The notes beneath the pieces were generated by a model. That model saw nothing but the letters and a program-made list of their open reading frames with translations. It had not been told where the DNA came from and searched no databases. Both the position numbers and the translations under genes were made by a program. A stretch of 64,000 bases of DNA from Daphnia carinata (Eukaryota): positions 2,728,001 to 2,792,000 of the forward strand of contig NC_081331.1 of the NCBI RefSeq assembly GCF_022539665.2, written 5' to 3'. Every line of letters starts with the position of its first letter. Position 1 is the stretch's first letter. This document shows, piece after piece, positions 23,462 through 36,642 of this stretch.

Positions 23462-25023
23462 CTTACGGTGGAAAAGGGCTTTATAATAAAATATCTGGGT
23501 TTTAAGATTCTGACAAAGGAAAATCGAGCGGGTTATAATGCATTTCAAACATGGTCTCATTCGATGTGGAATCCCTCTCTCCCTAACTATTTGTGTTATT
23601 TCTAGGCTACTTCGTTTGTTTTATTGTCTTTGGTTTCGTTGTAATTGTCGTATTTGTCCGCTGGTTGGCTGAAAGGCAAGACGTCAATTTCGGACTCTTC
23701 AACTTGCCTAGAACGTTGTTCTATTGATATTAGACCTGTCGTCACACATCACGCTGTTGTGATTCTCTTACGATTACGTTTTGTACCAATAAACTAAATA
23801 GAAGCAAAATTTGTCTGTTATACTTTTTTCCTTTCCTTTTTTTGGATTTTAAGCAACAGATAAATTTTACTTGAGCTTGCCAACGGCATAGTTCTTACTG
23901 CTTTAAAAACCATGCCGGAACTACTCCTCTGGTAATAGCTTTAAACTTAGACACATGTTAACTCCCTTTTCTTTGGCATACAACCTTATTTAAGAGTGAT
24001 ATCGTAACCACAGAAAATACATCCTCGATGCTTCCCCCATCGCCTTTTCATAGACGTAGCTAACCGATTATATCGAAATAGTTTAGGACATTACGACGAA
24101 TACGGTGGGACTACTAGCGGAATGGATTTCAGACGTACGCCGGCGAACAGCGTCGTGGACTTCGTCTTATTCGGTAAACATGTTTATCCAATACAGGCCT
24201 CAACTAAATGATTTGAGAGTATCCTACCTTAGTGGAACGCCAGAGTCCTCCAGGATTCTAGGGATCACGCTATCGGGAAGACCCGATGATTCACCATAGT
24301 CTTGAGTCACAGATCGGGACGTAATACCTGTAAGAATGAAATGCATTTAGTATGTATATGGCAACCGTTTTGGGTTTCAAGAGAAAATTTTGACTTTAAA
24401 CAAATAGGTTTTTAACAAACGTGAGAGCATTTGTATTGATAGCGTAGCGAATTCAATCATTTGTCTACTATATCCCCAATCTGAAGCTGTTATAAGTATC
24501 GCAGGGATTAGTGTACATGAGCCAGTCAAGGAGTTTTCAGTCAAGTTAGATGAGCATTCTCATTTTAATTTCATAAAAACTGAACAGAAATTTCCCTTAC
24601 AGCAATGGTTTTTTTTTACATCCCAGTTCACAACTTATCTTTCAGTTTTGCTTTTTATTTGTTCCCTTTGGTATCTACTCTTACGTATCAAGCTCCAGAT
24701 TAATTATCAGCAGTTAATGTTTTACATTTCCAGCTGAACATCGTCATAGCGTTTGTGTTGACTTTTGTCACGAGAACTTTACTTTTGTCTTTTGTTCGGT
24801 GTCTTACTTTGCTACTGCTAAGACGGAATACACGATTGGGTAAGATGGCACCATTTGGTAACAGTTGTATGTTGAACAGTCAACAACTTTTCCTATTTAA
24901 ATGGGCGACAGTTTCTGCTTGTGCGAGTAATCTAAGTTGTTGTCACGTTTGGTTATCTTTAAAACTTCAATCTTTAGTAGGAAGTTGACAAAGCGAACGG
25001 AACATCTATTCCTTCAAATCAAG

Positions 25024-26575
25024 ATGGGTCTGCTAGTTTTCGCTTTTCTAGCATCAATTGTGGGGCTTACTGCATCACAGAGTTTAGTATTAGTTGGCGG
25101 CGGTTTAACTGATGGCAATGCTGATGTTTGGAATAAAGTGATTGAACTAGCGGTACGAACGATCTAATCCATAAATATTCGATTTAGAATTATTTTATGT
25201 TTTTTTTAAAGGGAGGCCCAGGCGTAGCAAAGATTGGCGTTTTCACTACGGCGTCTTCGGATCCTATAGGGGCTGCGGCATATTATGTTGATATGTTCGT
25301 GAATACCTACGGAGCAGCCAGCGCAACGTACATTCCAGTAACAGAGAACAGCAATAATGCCGATGACCAATCCGTAGTCGAACTGGTCAGACAACAGACT
25401 GGCTTTTTCTTCGGTGGAGGCGATCAACTGAGGATTCTAACGGCCCTTCGACCTGGCGGCAGAGATACGCTTGTCCTTGCAGCACTGAAAGACATGTTAC
25501 AATCTGGTGCAGTGGTAGGAGGAACAAGTGCCGGAACGGCTTGTCAGGTATTCAAAAAACGAACTGGTGCTCATTTGCGATCAATTTTCACGGATTTTCA
25601 TTATGAAGAGAAAACTAAAGAAAATCTCCCTTTATTTTAGAGTGCTGCCGTTATGATTACGAGTGGATCTAGCTGGAATGCTTTGACCTACGGTGCTTTC
25701 AGTGGCGGACCTAAACCACTCAATCCAGACTATCTAACTTATGACGAAAACGGTGGTCTAGGTTTACTAACTGGTTGGGTTACAGATACCCACTTTAGTG
25801 AGCGAGGGCGGGAGGGTCGCCTCATTCGGTGGGTCTCAATACACCCTTAATCAAATTAAATCATCATACCTTATTTTTATCCAATTAGGTTACTGCAGGA
25901 TACTCGAAACCGTGACATCGGAACGACTAGAGGCTTTGGAGTGGACGAAGACATGGCTCTGGTGATAACCAATTTATACACACAACCTGTCGGAACGGTA
26001 TGTCAAAATAAAAATATTTTTAGGTTTCGTGAATATGCATAATTGATTTTATTTTAATTTAATAGGTTATTGGTACAAGTGGGGGCGTGTTTTTTGCTGA
26101 TGTCACTAGCACTGTTGTCGTTCCTTCCCCAAATACTTTCTACGCAGGAGTTTCTGCACATTATCTAACTCAAGATGATTCAATTGATCTTACAACTGGT
26201 AAGACTTTTCTTTCTCTGCCTCTCAGCTTGCTCGATTGAAATAAATGCGTAATTCATCATGCAGGAGACATCACATTTGCTCCGTGGAAATCTCCTCTAA
26301 AAGGCAACGAATATTATTTTAACGCTGAGGTATCAACAGACATTTTATCTGCAACGATGAACCGTCGATGGGCTAATGCTGCCGACCAGTTTTTTGACAA
26401 CCGAAGAGACGATTCTATTGCCCATTTGTCTTTCGAAAGAAACCCACAATATGAAGTCATCTTTGATCGTCTGGCGGGGGCCGGATATGGAGGACATTAT
26501 CCTAGCAATCCCAATAAATTTGTGGTGTCCTACAAAAACCTTCAGGTTGCAATTCATGAAAGCACAAATGCATAA
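25024..26575 (+). CDS. Secreted cyanophycinase-like serine peptidase (family S51), copy 1, about 401 aa
   Basis: Exons 25024-25152, 25212-25547, 25641-25828, 25889-25997, 26066-26198, 26265-26575 (1206 nt, open frame). Signal peptide, LVLVGGG, FFFGGGDQLR, GGTSAG, DTHFSERGREGRL, GFGVDED. Confidence 0.9.
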
Positions 26576-27236
26576 ATGTATCGAACTGTTGCATTTCCCG
26601 AACAGCGACACAATCGTTTATCGCGAGATCGGATAGGGCTTACCTTGAAATACAATTAACTGCATTAAAAATTCACATTGTAGCATCTCTTTCATAATAG
26701 TGTTTTTCGTAGGAACGCAGGCTAGTTTTGGAACGATACGCTTTCGAAATAATAAGTCTGGAAATTTCTACACAACCTTCCCTAACACATAAATAGTTTC
26801 TCACATGTCTGTTGATCTATCAGTCGTGTAAATAGAAAACCAGTTGAAATGATAGCTACGCAAACCATATAGGTCTGGACTTAACGATAACCACTGAGGC
26901 CGGAGAGTGTCACTCGGTAAATATGGACTCCGCTTTATTATTATTTTATCGTAGGCGTAAAAACAAACGTGACTGTGTGAATACATACGATTCGAGTTGG
27001 TTATCTTCCTGTACATGAACAAACATCATATTGTTTACTCCCTGTCAGATCAAAATAGGATTGAAATCTCTCAAACGTTATAAAACAAATTTAAAAATAG
27101 ACCGTTATATCTCTATTGTCAACATTACTCTCCGAAATTCTTCGACGTATAAAACATCAGAACAACACTAAGACAACGTAGAATCGTAAATTCACACGCT
27201 AAACGAGCGGTGGCGAGATATTTCTACTTGAGCAGC

Positions 27237-28795
27237 ATGGGTCTTTTATCTGTCACCTTCCTAACAACTCTTGTTGGTCTTGCTGCATCGCAGAGCGTTG
27301 TATTCGTTGGTGGAAATGAAAGCGACGCAAATGTGCCTCTTTGGGAGAGAGTGATTGAGCTTGCGGTAGGTGTAGTTAGAAAAAAAATATGCAATACCAT
27401 TTTGAATCACCCCTCCCCCTAACATTTCATCTTCTTTCAAAAAGGGAGGTAAAGGTGTAGCCAAGTTTGGTATTTTTGGAACTGCGTCATCAGATCCTGA
27501 AGGATCGGCAGCCTACTATATTGACTTGCTCGTGAATGTATACGGAGCAGCAAGCGCAACGTATATTCCAATCACGGAAACAAGTAACAATGCCGATGAT
27601 CCTGCCATGGTTGATTTAATACGACAACAAACGGCATTTTTCTTTGGCGGTGGCGATCAACTGCGAATTTTGAATGCAATTCGTCCCGCCGGTAGAGAAA
27701 CACTTGTTCTAGCTGCTATTAAGGAAATGCTAAAAGCCGGAGCAATGGTTGGCGGATCAAGTGCGGGCGCTGCTTGTTTGGTAAAGCTTTTTTGAAATAC
27801 TATAATTAAGGAAAAACGAGGTCATCTCGAAGTTAAAACCAAAATTTTCCATTTCCCACTCAGAGTGATACTGTCATGATTACGGGAGGTTCAAGCTACG
27901 ACGGGTTGATCTACGGGGCGTTTAGTGGAGGACCCAACTCGAATAATCCAGGAGATCTATCTTACGATGAACATGGCGGTTTGGGATTTTTAGCTGGCTG
28001 GGTTCCAGATACCCATTTCAGCGAGCGAGGTCGGGAAGCACGTCTTATTAGGTTGGTTCAAAAATGCTAATTCTTAATTTACACAATAATATAAAAGCTA
28101 ACTGTACCTTATAAAACAGGCTGCTCCAAGACACACGATACCGGGACATTGGGACACCTCGCGGTTTCGGCTTGGATGAAGATATGGCCCTTGTAATTAC
28201 TGATCTCTACACAAGACCTGTTGGAACAGTAATGAAATTAGCTCACATTTCACTATTTCAGTAATTAATGTTACTGTTGCGAAACAGGTAATTGGAACAA
28301 GTGGGGGAGTTTTTATAGCTGATGTCACAAATGTTATTGTTACACCTTCGGCAACTACGAACTATGAAGGAGTATCTTCCCATTACCTTACTCAAGATGA
28401 CACTATCGATCTTACCACTGGTAAAATTATTAAGTTTTACATGTAATTCCAGTTGCTTAATTTTTTATTTAACTGATGCCACAGGTAACGTTACATTTGC
28501 TAGCTGGAAAACTCCCCTGAAGGGCAACGAACAGTTTACCAATGCTGAAATCTCAACTGACATCTTGTCGTCAAAGCAAAGTCGTTCATGGGCATCTGCA
28601 GCAGCGCAGTTTTTTGACAACCAATTAGATGACACTGTTACCCATTTTACTTTCGAGAAAAAACCTCCATTTGAAGTAACTTTTAACCGCCTAAGCGGAG
28701 CTGGTTATAGGGGCCCTCTTCCAAGCGATCCTTTGACGTTCGTCGTGTCTCACGAAAATCTTCAAGTTGGAATTCGGGAAAGTATTGCGGTTTAA
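27237..28795 (+). CDS. Secreted cyanophycinase-like peptidase, copy 2
   Basis: Exons 27237-27365, 27445-27780, 27864-28051, 28120-28228, 28288-28420, 28485-28795, the same sizes as copy 1. Motifs GGGDQ, GSSAG, DTHFSERGREARL, GLDED. Confidence 0.9.
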
Positions 28796-29066
28796 AGGCG
28801 CCATAAAGATTAAAATTTCGAGTTTGTTATCTTACTGCGTACGAATAAACATAATATTGTTGACTCCCAGTCTGATAGAGTAGGACTAAAACCTTTCAAA
28901 GGTTATAAAACATTACTTCAAAAATAGACCGTTATATCTCTATTGTCAACATTACTCGCTGAAATTCTTCTACGTATAAAACAACGGCAACGCCAAAACA
29001 ACGTAGAATCGTACACTCACACGCTTTAGGAGTGGTAGCCAGATTTTTTTTACCAGAACAACCGTG

Positions 29067-30639
29067 ATGGGTCTTTTATCTCTCACCTTCCTAGCAGCTC
29101 TTGTTAGCCTTGCTGCGTCGCAAAGCGCCGTATTCATTGGCGGAAATTTAAGTGATGGAAATGCACCAATTTGGGACGCAGTGGTCGAGCTTGCGGTACG
29201 TGCAATTTCATGAAAAAGCAATTAAGCAATACCATTTCGATTTTTTCTTGTCTTAATATTTGTGCATTCCTTTAAAAGGGAGGAAAAGGTGTAGCCAAAT
29301 TCGGTATTTTCACTACTGCATCGGCAGATCCTGAAGGATCTGCAGCCTACTATATCGACATGCTCGTGAATGTATACGGCGCAGCAAGTGCAACCTATAT
29401 CCCAATCACGGAAACAAGTAATAATGCCGACGATCCTGCCATGGTTGATCTGGTAAAACAACAAACGGGATTTTTCTTTGGCGGTGGCGATCAGCTGAGA
29501 ATTTTGAATGCAATTCGACCTGCCGGAAGAGAAACGCTTGTTCTAGCTGCTTTAAGTGAAATGGTAAAAGCCGGGGCAACAGTTGGCGGAACAAGTGCTG
29601 GAGCTGCTTGTTTGGTAAAGCTTTTAAATACTATAAATTGAAGGGGAAAAAAAATTTAAACACGCAATGTCTTTAGTAATTTCAAACGAGATTTGCTCCA
29701 TCTTATTTAGAGCGATACTGTGATGATTACGGGAGGTTCAAGCTACGACGGGTTGATCTACGGGGCTTTTAGTGGAGGACCCAACTCGAATAACCCAGGA
29801 GATTTATCTTATGATGAACATGGAGGTTTGGGATTCCTAGCTCGTTGGGTTCCCGACACCCATTTCAGCGAACGGGGACGAGAAGCACGTCTTATTAGGT
29901 TGGCTCGTCAATACTAATCCCCAGTTTTAAACCAGTGATGCATAAAAATACTGTACCTTATAAAAACAGGCTGCTGCAAGACACGCGGTACCGCGACATT
30001 GGGACACCTTTGGGCTTCGGATTGGATGAAGATATGGCTCTTGTTGTTACTGATCTTTACACAAGACCTGTTGGAAAAGTAATTACATTAATATATATTT
30101 CACCATTTCTGCAATAAATGTTGCTTTTGGCTAACAGGTAATTGGTATAAGTGGGGGAGTGTTTATAGCGGATGTCACAAACATTATTGTTACACCTTCG
30201 GCAACTACGAATTACGAAGGAGTATCGGCCCATTACCTTACTCAAGATGACACTATCGATCTTACTACTGGTAAAAGATTAATTTATATTTAATTCCAGT
30301 TGTTAAATTTTTATAAATTATGCCACAGGTAACGTTACATTTGCTAGTTGGAAAACTCCCCTGAAGGGCAACGAACAGTTTACCAATGCTGAAATCTCAA
30401 ATGACATCTTGTCGTCAAAGCAAAGTCGTTCATGGGCATCTGCTGCAGCGCAATTTTTTGACAACCAATTAGATGACACTGTTACCCATTTTACTTTTGA
30501 AAAAAAACCTCCATTTGAAGTGACTTTTAACCGTCTAAGCGGAGCTGGTTATAGGGGGCCTCTTCCAAGCGATCCTTTGACCTTCGTTGTGTCTCACGAA
30601 AATCTTCAAGTTGGAATTCGAGAAAGTGGTGGGATTTAA
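29067..30639 (+). CDS. Secreted cyanophycinase-like peptidase, copy 3
   Basis: Exons 29067-29195, 29279-29614, 29711-29898, 29970-30078, 30138-30270, 30329-30639. Motifs GGGDQ, GTSAG, DTHFSERGREARL, GLDED. Confidence 0.9.
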
Positions 30640-31816
30640 AGGCGCCATAAGGATTAAACATAAAACTGCTAATGGTGGTTTGCAATGCTGTTCATGAAAT
30701 TGCATTTGATGCACAATTTTTGGTTAGAAATATAGAAATGGCATTCAAATTTCTATTGCTTGAATTGCAATCAAAATATTGTAGGTAAGGCAAACGCAGG
30801 GCTTTAAAAACGGCAAAAAAATTCAGTTATATTTCTAAAATGTAGAAACACCGTCCTTCATTTCTTATGTTTTGGAGACCTACGATATTTTCATTCGCAA
30901 TATTACGTTGAGTTCGACACAATCCACATGACTGAGACAAATAGCTTTGAAATAATCGGATCAGAAATTCCAACGTATGAGCCAGCAAAACGGATAGAAA
31001 ACAATTAGCAAATTGTTGCAACTGTTCATTGTTCAAAAGGCATGCATATGTAACCGAAAGATTTCGTTCAAACTGGGAAGTAATTTGTGACGTGGCAAAC
31101 ACCATAGATAATCCACCTAAAATTGCTACTTGTGAGATGTGTCTTTCAAGTTCAATAGTCCTACCATAAAAATTTGGGGTGCCACACCATTTTTATTAAC
31201 ACTCTATTTCCAGCTAATGTAAATTTCTGAAACTGGTTGATTCAAAGCCAAGCAACTGTCCAGTAATATGTTTTCATATAAAATTAAAACAAAGTACTAT
31301 GGCAGTCTTGCAACAATGAAATGGCTGACAATGTTACATGTTTTTGTTCGAAAAGAAAAGAAGAAGTAAGGCAAGAACGAATTACCTTTGATCGTTTAGT
31401 GAAGGTAGGTCTCGTGGGATGTATCAAAGGGGATGTTCTTCGAAGGTTCAGTTTTGTGGTTCACCAAATTGCGAAACCTCATTATGGAACTGTCGTAAAT
31501 CTGTACTTCTCGGCACGATATGCATTTCATCCCAAATAAACTATTTTGTGGTTGATCTCTACATTGTTACTTCATTGGCAATCACACAACGTGTCTTAAT
31601 TTCTACAGTGAATGTTAACAGAGTTTCATCAGCCAGCAAGTATCAGAAGTATGTGAATTCACAAAAGTCACATGGACAACTGAATTTACCCGGTTACAGG
31701 CTGAAGAAGAAACATTTTAATTTCCCCTCCCCCATCAACGCCATCTAGCGGTATTTGGAAAACATAACCGAATATTTGTTTTGACACAATACCCGAAGAT
31801 TTCCGTGTTTACCGCA

Positions 31817-34800
31817 ATGGATGCCAGCAAGGCAGAAAAGCTCGCCGCAGCGAAAAAAAAAGTATAAAAAGCACGATTTACTTACGATAAAATAACTTGT
31901 AGAAACTAAAGCTCGTATTCTTAATTCATTAATAGTTAAAACAGTTCCAACAAAAAGGAGGTTCGAAAGGTACTCCAAATGGTGGCCAGCTAAACTTGCA
32001 CCAGCAAGGTGAAGTAAATCAGTCATCAGCAGTAGAAACTAACATTCTCCATAATGAACCTGTGGAATCAAAGGCAAGCTTGGAAATCCAGCAAGAAGAG
32101 AAACATAGTTATGATAATACCAGAAATATTGAATTGCAGCAGGTCATTGAAACTTTGAGCAAAGAGAAAAATGACATTCTTTTATCCTACATGCAATCAA
32201 AAGATTTAGTTGAAGAACTTCAACTTAAATTAAACCAGGAGAGAGTATTGTTACAAGAAGAAAAAGCAAAATCCACCCAAGCATTGGAAACCATTTCAAC
32301 TCAAAGTTTACATGAAGAAGAACTGAAAAATACCGTTTCAATTTTGATAGAAGAAAAAAATGAGCTAGTTTTAGCTAATGTTCGAAGTGAAGAAAAAATA
32401 AAAAAACTAGAAGATGTCAAAGTTGACAATGAAAAAGAATTGGAAGTCGTAAAAATGTCTCTTTCATTGCTGCAATCTTCTGCTGCTAAAGAAACTGCAG
32501 AACTGCAGTCTTATTTATCTACTTTAACTAAAGATCATGAAAGAGTTAGTCAAGAACTAAATTTAAAAGATCAACTTTACAATGAAGTAAATGAGGAACT
32601 CAAAGAGCTTCAAATGCGTCAAAACAATCAAGCGGCTGAACTCAATCGCAGAGAAAACATTATCAATGAACTAAATCTTCAAATCGAGTTGCTCAACGTG
32701 AATATGCAACAGGTAAATCTATTCATTGTAAATCGCAAAAACGTCTTTTATGGACACCACCTATTTATCACGTTGCTTTTAGTTGAAAAATGCAGGGCCC
32801 CCGACGGTCGATCAAAGCCTTGAAAAAATGCAAAAAGAAAATGATAAGTTACAAGAAGAAATAGTGGATTTACGGGAGCAGTTAAAGACGCTAAATGTAG
32901 AAAAAGATGTTCTATCGCAACAGTATCAACAATACATTCTTCGACTGAACGGGCAAATTCGCACCATTAGTTCACAGGTATTTTATGATGAAAGCATATT
33001 GTTCAAAGCAAAGCATCAACAAGTATATAAAAGACTAACGTGGAAGAACGATTGTAGGCAGAGTCCTTGGCCATTGAGAAAAGGAATGTAGAGGCTACTT
33101 TGGAGACAAAGAAAGACGAATTGGCAGAGCTCGAGGCGACAATTGTGGCCCTGAAAATGGAACAAAATACTGGGCCCTTGTCTCGCACATCGAATGAATT
33201 GGCTACGCCTAGCGAAATTCTTCCCTCTCCACAATCCGCGTCCCAGCTTGATGAAGAAATTGTCGTGTTAAAAACGCAAATTGCGGAATTGGTTTGAATT
33301 CTTTCCTCTTTAATTACTTATTCAGTTTTTTAATGACCTTCTGTACAACAGAGTTTGAATAATGAAGAACTGGTCAAACTGGCATTGGAGAAGGAATCTC
33401 GGATTCAAGAGCTGGAAATCCGTATAGATCGCATGCAAAGTGAGTTGAACGTGGCAACTACCAATCAGGATCATGGCGAAAGGGAGAAACTTCTTCAAGT
33501 ACCGTGCATTCATTGCTTATGTTTATCCAGTTATTTGACGAAATTCTTGCAAATTTGAAAGGCTATGCAAAGTGACAAATCTACAGCCTCCCGTGCTATT
33601 GCCCAGAATCGTCAGCTGAAACTACAGCTAGAAGAACTGGAAAAGGCTTTTATCCAACTTGTAAAATATGCTTTGGTTATCTCTTTAGTCAAAAGGGCCA
33701 TATTCATTGATTTGTTAAACCAATTTAGAGTAATGACAAACTTGTGCTCACGGAGGAATCTCAGACAATGGCTCGACAAAATAAGGAAATGAGCGAAAAG
33801 TTACTGATTTTGGAGCCGGAGGTTGTGCAGTTAAGGTTCGGCTACTAATAGCGGTGCTGGATTGGAACGTTGTAAAGCTTGTTTTTAATTATTACAGACA
33901 GCAGGTTGACGATTTGGCTGGTCAGCGAAACGCCACAATTTACTGGAGACAAGAGTTAGAGGAAGCTCACGTATTTAGCGTCATGTTCTGGTTACTACTT
34001 CGTTCAAAGACTAATTATTTTGTTTTTCAGGAAAGAATCCAGGCACTGTCGCATCAGAATGCAGAACTGAAAAAACGTGTCATTTGGAATTTGAATCAAG
34101 CACCTGCCCGAGGCAGCCGTAAACAGCGGCGTAACAACGAAGAAATCAATGAGGACCGTTCAGATTCACCTTCCTCGTCTGAAAATGGTAAAACCCTTTC
34201 TTTAAGATACCTGGTGCTATTTTGTATTTTATGTAACAATGTCTAGAAGGAGACAGTGACTGGATTCCTGCTGAAGAACATCAGAAACTCCTCTTTCACT
34301 TCGGTCAATTAGAACAGCGACTAGAACGTTCCATAGCTACTGTATCAACTTTGACAGAAGAAAAGCAAAAACTAGAACACTTGGTTCTACAGCTTCAAAG
34401 TGAAACTGAAACCATTGGTTAGTTGTACTTGCAACAAATTATCAACAGGTTTCAGGGCGGAAAATGATTCAATATCTTATTTTTTACAATCAAATTTTCC
34501 AGGCGAATACGTTAGTCTTTACCAAGTGCAGCGTGGCCTATTGAGTAGGCGTGCCGAACAGTTATCTGCTGAGCGTCAGAAACTGAAGGAGAGAATTTTG
34601 AAGTTGACTATTCTTTTACCTTGCTTGGCACCCCAATTGAAGAATTCACCCGAATGGTTGCAATTGCAGCCCGAGCCGGAAACGATAGCCAATTCAGAAG
34701 ATGGGTTGAGTGTTACCATTCGTAACGAAACAGAAGCTTTGTCTGACGTGGACCCTACCTTGGAACACACAGTTTCCCAAATCATCGATGTTTTGTTAGA

Positions 34801-34939
34801 AATCACAAACTGCACATTACCAACCAGCGAAACTCTGACGCAGACTGATCTCTATCCCTTGGAAGACCGAATTCGTAAGCCGAACGAGAATTTTCATCCA
34901 TGTTGGCCTATGTATTCAGGAAGAATCATTAACATTTGA
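31817..34939 (+). CDS. GOLGA2: Golgin subfamily A member 2 (GM130)-like
   Basis: N-terminal KLAAAKKK|LKQFQQK, long coiled coil, MQSDKSTASRAIAQNRQLKLQLEELE, LQSETETIGEYVSLYQ and a C-terminal FHPCW...IINI tail. Confidence 0.85.
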
Positions 34940-35087
34940 AAATTTTGAATTTTCAATGTGCCTTTCCAAAGCTACTTTATAAACATTTCCATTTAAATAT
35001 ACAGATATAAATGATTTCATCATTGTTTATTCTGTTTGAACAAGTTCAAGGATGGTAATAGAAAAACAAGATGAATTGGGCAACAAA

Positions 35088-35983
<896 letters not shown>

Positions 35984-36154
35984 CTTGATACCTACACGAA
36001 TTAGATACAAAAAAAAACAGATGAATAACACAGCAAACTACCTTCGCGTACTAAAAGTAATTTTATGTCTAAGAAAATCCAATGGTGAACACGTACAAAA
36101 TATAGTTTCGTCGATGACTGCAGATAACAGGCAAAGAAATCTTACCTCGGTCTC

Positions 36155-36170
36155 GAGAAAAAAGAAAGAG
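36155..36170 (-). promoter_or_regulatory. TCT/5'-TOP initiator of RPL10
   Basis: The minus strand reads CTCTTTCTTTTTTCTC, followed by a short non-coding exon and a GTAAG donor at 36145. Confidence 0.7.
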
Positions 36171-36642
36171 CTGTGGAGAGGAATGGACTGTACAAGGTTG
36201 TCAGTTCCAACTTTTAAGCCTGAATATTTGCCAACTCATGCAACCATGGGGCTCGGCCCCGCGCAGATTAGAATCTTTTTCGTCGATTCGGTGCAGGGAT
36301 TTTTTTGTGCTAGGTGCGATGCGGTGCTAGGTGCCATGCGGTGCTCGGTGCATCCCCGATTTGAACGTTCGGTGAATGCATGATAAAAACCTGTATGATA
36401 CCGTTTCGGCCCCGTATAGCCTTAAATCTTCCCTATGCCTGCTATGATAGAAGTAATTACATATTTTTCCCCCTTTTATGTAACCTCGTCCCGGCTTGAT
36501 TTATTTACCTATGGACGATCTACGGAAACCGAACGATCTAGGAGAACCGCACTGAAAACCAAAATGAGCTGACAGATGGCCAAAATAGCTACCCGATTGA
36601 CGCGGAGCCTATTGCTATCGATGAATTATTAACACTGTAAAT

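Larger units (their letters stand above)
27036..30650 (+). repeat. Tandem duplication, unit about 1.83 kb, covering the promoter and gene of copies 2 and 3
   Basis: Shared upstream block aaaatagaccgttatatctctattgtcaacattactc (about 27093 and about 28921) with TATAAAA (about 27148 and about 28975). Shared tttaaaggcgccataa at both stop codons. Confidence 0.85.

Noticed and set aside
25024..30639. Bacterial contamination as the source of the cyanophycinase genes
   Set aside because: The genes have five spliceosomal introns each, host-like composition, and are contiguous with eukaryotic genes.
30827..31748. ORFs upstream of GOLGA2
   Set aside because: No domain similarity or consistent exon structure.
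35993..36145. Intronic snoRNA in RPL10
   Set aside because: No convincing C/D or H/ACA box arrangement is visible.
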